Assembly (NCBI GenBank): GCA_013202285.1
Contig: JABMRV010000161.1
Coordinates: 1 to 62,333, forward strand
Direction: 5' to 3'
Origin: a bacterium
GTDB taxonomy: Bacteria > Electryoneota > AABM5-125-24 > Hatepunaeales > Hatepunaeaceae
Length of the DNA stretch: 62,333 nucleotides
Shown here piece by piece: positions 56,619-62,333 of the stretch; position 1 is the stretch's first letter; each line of letters starts with the position of its first letter. The notes under the pieces were generated by a model. That model did not search any database. It saw only the letters and a program-made list of their open reading frames with translations, and was not told the DNA's origin. The position numbers were made by a program, and so were the translations under genes.

Positions 56619-57368
56619 ATGCAATCGCAAGTGAGACATCTCGAACCAGGCCGACCGGCGAGGAGTGGGCAGCTTATCCTTGAAAGACGCTACCGAATTG
56701 TCTCATCCATAACCGGCAGTGAGTTAGTTGATGCAAGGATGCTGGATATCGGGTGCGGTAACGGAGCACAGACTGTCTATTTCAGTTCTGTCTCGCGTCA
56801 TCTGATTGGTTTGGATATTCTGCCTCCGGATGAAACTGCAGTAAAGGAAACGCCCGGTGAGTTTGACTTCGTCCGTGGTTCGGGAATGGAACTGCCCTTT
56901 GACGATGGCGTTTTCGATATTGTCACCTCTTTTGAAGTACTCGAGCATCTTCCGGATGACGAGAAAGCGGTTGCTGAAGCGATAAGGGTACTGAAGAGTG
57001 GGGGGATCTTATTCATTACAGTCCCCAACAAGTGGTGGATTTTCGAGTCGCATGGCGCGGTCATTCCGGGTGTGAACCTGATACCCTGGAATCGGGTGCC
57101 GTTTTTCGGATGGCTGCCGCGGCGAATACATGAGAGGTTCGCCCGAGCGAGGACATATACTATGAAACGCGCTCTGGAACTGGTCAGGGATAGAGGTTTC
57201 GACATCATCGACAACGGATATCTCACCGCACCGCTTGATGTGTTGAATGATACTGTGCTGCGACGAACACTCAGAAGAACGGTCTTCAAATCTGATAGAA
57301 CGAGAATACCCTTTCTGGCTGTTAATCTATTTGTGGCTGTGAGGAAGTGTGAAAGTGAGAAAGTGTGA
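56619..57368 (+). CDS. Class I SAM-dependent methyltransferase
   Basis: 249-aa ORF with the SAM motif MLDIGCGNGAQT, DIVTSFEVLEHLPD and GGILFITVPN. Confidence 0.8.
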   Translation: MQSQVRHLEPGRPARSGQLILERRYRIVSSITGSELVDARMLDIGCGNGAQTVYFSSVSRHLIGLDILPPDETAVKETPGEFDFVRGSGMELPFDDGVFDIVTSFEVLEHLPDDEKAVAEAIRVLKSGGILFITVPNKWWIFESHGAVIPGVNLIPWNRVPFFGWLPRRIHERFARARTYTMKRALELVRDRGFDIIDNGYLTAPLDVLNDTVLRRTLRRTVFKSDRTRIPFLAVNLFVAVRKCESEKV

Positions 57369-57390
57369 AAGTGTGAAAGTGTGGAAGTTA
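57343..57390. repeat. Tandem octamer repeat (GAAAGTGT)x6, imperfect
   Basis: GGAAGTGT GAAAGTGA GAAAGTGT GAAAGTGT GAAAGTGT GGAAGTTA spans the last 8 codons and the stop (57366-57368) of the methyltransferase gene. Confidence 0.8.
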
Positions 57391-57451
57391 TTAATCATGT
57401 CGATTTATACTTGTATAGACAATAGACAAATCGTCATTCCCGTGTATCTTT

Positions 57452-57522
57452 GTCATTCCCGCGCAGGCGGGAATCCAGACAAGTTATTGTAATTTTATGG
57501 ATTCCGGCTTTCGCCGGAACGA
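57452..57522 (+). repeat. Family-1 REP-like repeat, full bipartite copy (plus partial duplication at 57433-57444)
   Basis: GTCATTCCCGCGCAGGCGGGAATCCAGACAAGTT plus a second hairpin TTCCGGC-TTTC-GCCGGAA. GTCATTCCCGTG lies 19 nt upstream. Confidence 0.85.
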
Positions 57523-57568
57523 TAATATTAGATGAAATCCTTCATATCCGGTACATTTTCAACAAACA

Positions 57569-60500
57569 CTATTTTATCAAAACCATCTTCTTCGTTGTCA
57601 AAAAATCTCCCGCTTTAAGCTGATACAGATAAATGCCGTTCGGCAGATCTGCACCATTCAAGGATCTCCGATGCGTCCCAGCATTCCGGTACTCATCAAC
57701 AAGCCTCGCTACAACTCGCCCGTTCAGATCGAAGATTGTCAACCTAACGCTTCCAGATTCCTTTATCGAGTAACCGATGGTTGTCATACTGTTGAACGGA
57801 TTGGGGAAGTTCTGAGAGAGCGACCATTCCAATGGATGATCCGATACGTCGATCAGTCCGTTGTTGCTGTCAACATTCAAGTACACCGGCAGCACTATTG
57901 ACAACTCTGCTAACTCATCCTCGATAACAATCGCCCTCGAGTAATCGCCTTCTTCAAGCGTCCTTGTGTCTAAGGTTAGAGTCAATGTTGTATAATCCCC
58001 GGAGTTTACTGAACCGGTACGCGGTTCAAGATCAAGCCAGTCCGTGAAGCGGATGCGATTTTCAGATTGTTTCTTTCCGTTTGTTTCATGTGACTGCATG
58101 TTGGAATTATCTTCTATTAACAATCCAAGCGTTGCGGTGAATACGAACGGTCCTGTTCCCTCGTTCAGCAGTCTGATGAAGTACATCATTTTGTGATCCG
58201 ACGCTAACTCCAGGTTGAGTTCATCCGGGTAGAGCCGGATTACCGGGTGGGTAAGATGCAGATCAACTTCGAGTGTGTCTTCGCCAAGTGTGTCTATTTG
58301 GGTACGAGCGCCTCGATAACCCTGTTTGATACCGTCAAACCTTAGCGATGGCAGTCCGTACAGCCCGACAAGTTCAAACTCACCATCATCTCCCGATTGA
58401 GAGACGGCTTCGAAACCATACTCAGAATACGCCTTTATTTCAACGCCTGTAAGTGGCTCATCGGTTTCTGCATCGTAAACCGTCCCGAGTGTTATGCCTC
58501 TTGAATAGGGAGGTGTTGTGGTGAACATGATTGCCATCCGGTTTCTCAATCTGGCAGCGGCGGGATGATAATAATTACGGAAGGTGTAGCCTATGCCGGT
58601 TTTTCCATCGGGGCTTGAGATTCCCACGGATGCGTAAGGAATTAAGCCCCAGCCGGGAAGATTCTGAATATACTTGTATATAAAGAGAATTTTGTTGTCA
58701 CCGGTTGCAGTCGGGTGGTACTCCTCGTCGTAGATTATTGCCTGGAAAATAAATCTGTTTTCATCATCACCATCAAGATGAACATTGTACCATTCAATGA
58801 TAAACATGTGCTGCGCCTCAAAGTGATAGTACACAACAGCAGGATCACCACCACCAGCAATGCTTAAATCGCTCCAGAACGGTGCGATCATACCCATCGG
58901 ACCGGCAATCGACAAATCCAGTGGATAATTCTCAGAATTCACCATCCTGAGCTGATCGCCGACTCCAAGGAAACCATTTGTTCCGACGGTAATCCGATCA
59001 AATTCCTCACCATAAAAGTTGAATGTGAACGGCAGATCGAGCACTACGGTAGAGTTAATCGGGTTATCTTCAAATTCTTCGATGACTTCACCTGGTAGTT
59101 GAGGCATATCGTCATCCGGGCAGATCTCAAAAAAGAAGTAGCGGGGAGCATGCTGCCAGTTGTCTCTATCGCTGTTGTCATAGCAGTAATAACCGTAGGT
59201 ATCAGGTCCGATTGGATCGCTCGACTCCGGTTCAGGCAACTGCAGGTTGAACCAGGCAGTATCAATCGGATTCTCACCAATGTAGAAAACAACCGCCATA
59301 CTGATTTTATTGCCGGGAACGGCGAATTCACGGCTGGATACTATAAAGTTGTTCCCGTCTGCAGTGGCAGTTGAATCGACACCAATGGGAGGATAGTTCG
59401 CCTCGTCATCCAGTATTAGTATGTTAAAATCCTGTGCCAGCAGGCGAGCACTGATCTCCGGGACATCGATTCGCCCATTGTTGATTACCTCGAGGTTCAG
59501 ATCGCGAGCATCATACGAGACAGTGTTTCCACCCTCGATTGAGACGATCTCAAGATCGGGTCCCCAGACGTCGAGCCTGATTATCGAGCGCCAGATGAAA
59601 CCGGTTGAGGTGAAATCAACGAACAGTTCCGGTTCGCAACCGTCCGGACAGGCTGAATGTACCTCGATGGCGATACTCTCATTGCCTTGAGCGCTCTCAC
59701 CGTGTGCAATATCACCGAATGTGACGAGGCTGTCGGTTATGTTGATGTACGGTGATCTGCTGCTTACGATTGCCTGTACGTCCATAACATCCACGTCTGA
59801 GCCGAAGTTTGCAGCGGTCAGTTCCAGTTGGATGGTTTCGCCGGGGTTGATATTCCCGTCGTTGTTGCCTCCGTTTGAGTCATCGATTGAATAGTCCGAT
59901 ATGGCAATAAAAGCGGACTCTTCCACGATCTCGATTTCTTCACGGAGGGGATAGATGTCTCTTCCTGTAACAGTCAAGAACATGGTTCCAGTTTCGAGTT
60001 GCGTATTCAGAGGCAGTCTGACCTTGCCGGATGCATCTGTCTGTCCGGTGATTCCGTATTCAGGCTGCCAGGCGTGGTAGTCTTCCGGTTCGGGATATTC
60101 ACCGGGGTAGTATAATGTCACCTGGGCGCCTGAGACCGTCTCATCACTCTCTTCGAGGAAGACGGTTATCTCTACATGGTCGGCGCCGGGGGAGAGGGTG
60201 ACAGGAAATCTCGCCTCTACAATACGCGGGACACCGATCCAGGGCTGGATACCCGGATCGCCGTAGAGGTCGGTGTCGGTCTCATATTGACGCCGTAACT
60301 CTTCCACGTCTTCCATACCCCGGAAGATGGTGGGGAAGATGATTCCAGCAAAAGCTCTGCCCCAGCCGAGAGTCATGTCATGGATCATAACTCCTTTGAT
60401 GATGCCCAGCCAGATTGCATTATTATACACCGTCCCCCCCCTGCCCCAGCCGGTAATCATTGCAACGGGACCTTTCAGGTTATCTCGGTTGCCGGTTCTG

Positions 60501-61894
60501 AACATGTTGTTCATGGCGAATTCACCGTGACCGGTGGTGGTGATGAATATCGGGAAAACACTGTTGTTTTCGACGCCCAGGAAATGATCCTCCCAGTAGC
60601 GGATTTCAGCCCTGCCGATCATGATGCTCATGCCGTCGTTGAACCACTCAGCCAGTACAGGTCCAATTATATTTCCACCATCATCTCTTTCTCCATCAGT
60701 CTCCTGGATCCTGATCTCGGAAAAGCCGCGATTGCTTAAGACCTGTTCACCCCACCTGACAGTGAAAACCAGACTCGGGGTCCAGTCCGGACCCCAACGC
60801 TGAGAGAAGACGCCCGCTTTTTCAAACCAGTCGCTGTCCTCAAGCCTGGGGGAGGATTCATACGACAGCGTTCTGACGATGGCGAGTTCTATCATATCAC
60901 GTGTGCCGGAACCGAACCGACCGACAGCCACGTCGGGCAGATGGTCATCGCCTTCGAGCAAGCCGTAGATATAATCGGCATGGGCGGCGTTGTCGGGTAG
61001 TGAGGAATTACCACGAAAAGAAACCAGGCACCAGGCAGATGGCTGTGTATCACCGAAAATTCTGTCTCCGAGCAGAACGATATGATCGAACGGATCGATG
61101 CCCTGATCGAGATATTCATCGTAAAGTCCCTGAATGTCCGCTTTTATACTATCTGCTGAGGAGCGGGTATCCTCGTGAGAATACCTCAGGATGTCAACCT
61201 TGTATCCCGCTTTTCGTTTCCATTCGATAAACTGTCTGGCATAGACCAGGCAGCTATCGTGTGCGACGATCAGATAATGTGCGACGTGGTCTCGATCTTC
61301 TTCCGGTTGATCCCTGAGGAGCAGGTCGTCATTCAGCGCCAGAGAACGGATCGTTTTCATAAATTCAGGGCTGCGGTTGGCTCGACGTCCCGTATATTGA
61401 ACCGGATTAACCGGATCATCGTCGGTAAAGAGGATATCTACATCGATCTTGTCATGGTGGATATATTCTCCCGTTCGGGGATCATACTGGAGAGGGTAAA
61501 AGGTCACCAGGATCATCCTAACGCCGCGCAGTATTGCCGGTTGACCCATCACCACCGGTTGAGCGGGATATAAACCGGTGACGGATTTATCCTGATATGA
61601 GCGAGGCGGCGGGAGGTTTTTCAGACGTTTTGTTCCTTCACTGTTTACATTCAGCCTGACGCCGCATCGGGGAGGGATTACCACGTACTTCGAAATTGCG
61701 GGAAGAGTAATGCGATTTTCGTTATCATACAGGGCATTCAGATTGGTGGCATCGAATGATAGGCTGACACTGTGAGCGTCAGAACCGTTGACAATTATAT
61801 GATTGTCTGCGTCAACCTGCGGAGTGGCATACAGATGCGACAATGCAAAGAGCGTTGTGAGAAGCAGAGCTATCAGAGCCTGGTGATGTTTCAT
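57569..61894 (-). CDS. Very large secreted peptidase C25 (gingipain-like) family protein with T9SS C-terminal sorting domain
   Basis: 1441-aa ORF with a signal peptide. C25 hallmarks: HYLIVAHDS...FIEWKRKAGYKV, DHIVLLGD, HADYIYGLLEGDDHLPDVAVGRF, TTGHG and LYGDPGIQPW. C-terminal sorting domain: FPNPFNSMTTIGYSI...GIYLYQLKAGDFLTTKKMVLIK. Confidence 0.75.
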   Translation of the reverse strand: MKHHQALIALLLTTLFALSHLYATPQVDADNHIIVNGSDAHSVSLSFDATNLNALYDNENRITLPAISKYVVIPPRCGVRLNVNSEGTKRLKNLPPPRSYQDKSVTGLYPAQPVVMGQPAILRGVRMILVTFYPLQYDPRTGEYIHHDKIDVDILFTDDDPVNPVQYTGRRANRSPEFMKTIRSLALNDDLLLRDQPEEDRDHVAHYLIVAHDSCLVYARQFIEWKRKAGYKVDILRYSHEDTRSSADSIKADIQGLYDEYLDQGIDPFDHIVLLGDRIFGDTQPSAWCLVSFRGNSSLPDNAAHADYIYGLLEGDDHLPDVAVGRFGSGTRDMIELAIVRTLSYESSPRLEDSDWFEKAGVFSQRWGPDWTPSLVFTVRWGEQVLSNRGFSEIRIQETDGERDDGGNIIGPVLAEWFNDGMSIMIGRAEIRYWEDHFLGVENNSVFPIFITTTGHGEFAMNNMFRTGNRDNLKGPVAMITGWGRGGTVYNNAIWLGIIKGVMIHDMTLGWGRAFAGIIFPTIFRGMEDVEELRRQYETDTDLYGDPGIQPWIGVPRIVEARFPVTLSPGADHVEITVFLEESDETVSGAQVTLYYPGEYPEPEDYHAWQPEYGITGQTDASGKVRLPLNTQLETGTMFLTVTGRDIYPLREEIEIVEESAFIAISDYSIDDSNGGNNDGNINPGETIQLELTAANFGSDVDVMDVQAIVSSRSPYINITDSLVTFGDIAHGESAQGNESIAIEVHSACPDGCEPELFVDFTSTGFIWRSIIRLDVWGPDLEIVSIEGGNTVSYDARDLNLEVINNGRIDVPEISARLLAQDFNILILDDEANYPPIGVDSTATADGNNFIVSSREFAVPGNKISMAVVFYIGENPIDTAWFNLQLPEPESSDPIGPDTYGYYCYDNSDRDNWQHAPRYFFFEICPDDDMPQLPGEVIEEFEDNPINSTVVLDLPFTFNFYGEEFDRITVGTNGFLGVGDQLRMVNSENYPLDLSIAGPMGMIAPFWSDLSIAGGGDPAVVYYHFEAQHMFIIEWYNVHLDGDDENRFIFQAIIYDEEYHPTATGDNKILFIYKYIQNLPGWGLIPYASVGISSPDGKTGIGYTFRNYYHPAAARLRNRMAIMFTTTPPYSRGITLGTVYDAETDEPLTGVEIKAYSEYGFEAVSQSGDDGEFELVGLYGLPSLRFDGIKQGYRGARTQIDTLGEDTLEVDLHLTHPVIRLYPDELNLELASDHKMMYFIRLLNEGTGPFVFTATLGLLIEDNSNMQSHETNGKKQSENRIRFTDWLDLEPRTGSVNSGDYTTLTLTLDTRTLEEGDYSRAIVIEDELAELSIVLPVYLNVDSNNGLIDVSDHPLEWSLSQNFPNPFNSMTTIGYSIKESGSVRLTIFDLNGRVVARLVDEYRNAGTHRRSLNGADLPNGIYLYQLKAGDFLTTKKMVLIK

Positions 61895-61983
61895 TATGCC
61901 TCCTTTGCGATCGAGAAGTGTTGAATTCCGAAGAGATTTCTTGTTAAGTATTTATTCAGTTCCTGTCGATAAAGTGTTATTTT

Positions 61984-62017
61984 GTCATTCCCGCGCAGGC
62001 GGGAATCCAGACAAGTT
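61984..62017 (+). repeat. Family-1 REP-like repeat (first hairpin intact, second degenerate)
   Basis: GTCATTCCCGCGCAGGCGGGAATCCAGACAAGTT is an exact copy. The downstream GGTTTCCTATTTCGTTAGAA is a decayed second hairpin. Confidence 0.85.
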
Positions 62018-62208
62018 ATTGTTATTTTATGGTTTCCTATTTCGTTAGAATAAAGATATAATGTAATATGAAATAGATCTGAACTTTATCAACAAGTATC
62101 TATTAAATATAAGAACAGAAAACCGAATATAAAAATGGAATCTTGTTCAATCGCTGGAGTTTGCGATCTGTTGAGAGTGAAATGCCCTTTAACAGTACGG
62201 AAAATGAC

Positions 62209-62237
62209 TTGCATGAGAATCGATTTGTGATTATATT
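62209..62237 (+). promoter_or_regulatory. Sigma70-like promoter upstream of tRNA-Phe
   Basis: TTGCAT-N17-TATATT has the same hexamers as the promoter at 49444. The -10 element ends 51 nt before the tRNA 5' end. Confidence 0.4.
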
Positions 62238-62288
62238 ACATTCTTTATAATATTTGGTTTGTTAGTATCTAAATCCCAGAAAAACAAT

Positions 62289-62333
<45 letters not shown>

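Overview
This 62.3-kb window looks like it comes from an uncultivated FCB-superphylum-like bacterium, because five large secreted proteins end in T9SS/Por-type C-terminal sorting domains. I count about 46 protein genes and one partial tRNA-Phe(GAA) at the 3' edge. I see no rRNA, CRISPR array, transposase, integrase or phage structural genes. Housekeeping content: carA-carB; mntP-pdxS-pdxT; an ACC-deaminase/D-Cys-desulfhydrase family enzyme; a CPA2 antiporter; a biotin carrier protein; an M23 peptidase; a lytic transglycosylase; AI-2E and DMT transporters; and a LolA-like protein with two FtsX permeases and an ABC ATPase. The most interesting segment is the co-directional minus-strand run 8609->71. 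In transcription order it holds a secreted caspase::FGE fusion, then a tightly coupled four-gene cassette (2-TM protein, small protein, MNT nucleotidyltransferase, HEPN). Next comes a RecQ-helicase::PRTase fusion overlapping a DprA/Smf-like gene, which is a PsyrTA/ShosTA-type architecture, with the helicase broken by a frameshift in a C4 run. A GlmL/MutL-like ASKHA ATPase follows 17 nt downstream. Other notable items: (1) a stand-alone bacterial eRF1/Pelota-like (baeRF) protein with a Zn ribbon and no GGQ; (2) a FecR / OM-barrel / CHASE2 adenylate cyclase / stand-alone cNMP-binding protein cluster; (3) an operon of lipoprotein, TPR, head-less CCA-enzyme-like HD protein, Yip1 and an orphan beta-class DNA methyltransferase; (4) a 1441-aa C25 (gingipain-like) T9SS protein with no cysteine where the catalytic Cys is expected; (5) a beta-helix T9SS protein whose sorting domain is cut off by a 1-nt frameshift. 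Three families of structured intergenic repeats are present. One is a two-copy ~175-nt element whose hairpins show compensatory substitutions. All functional calls rest on motif recognition by eye; no database search was run.
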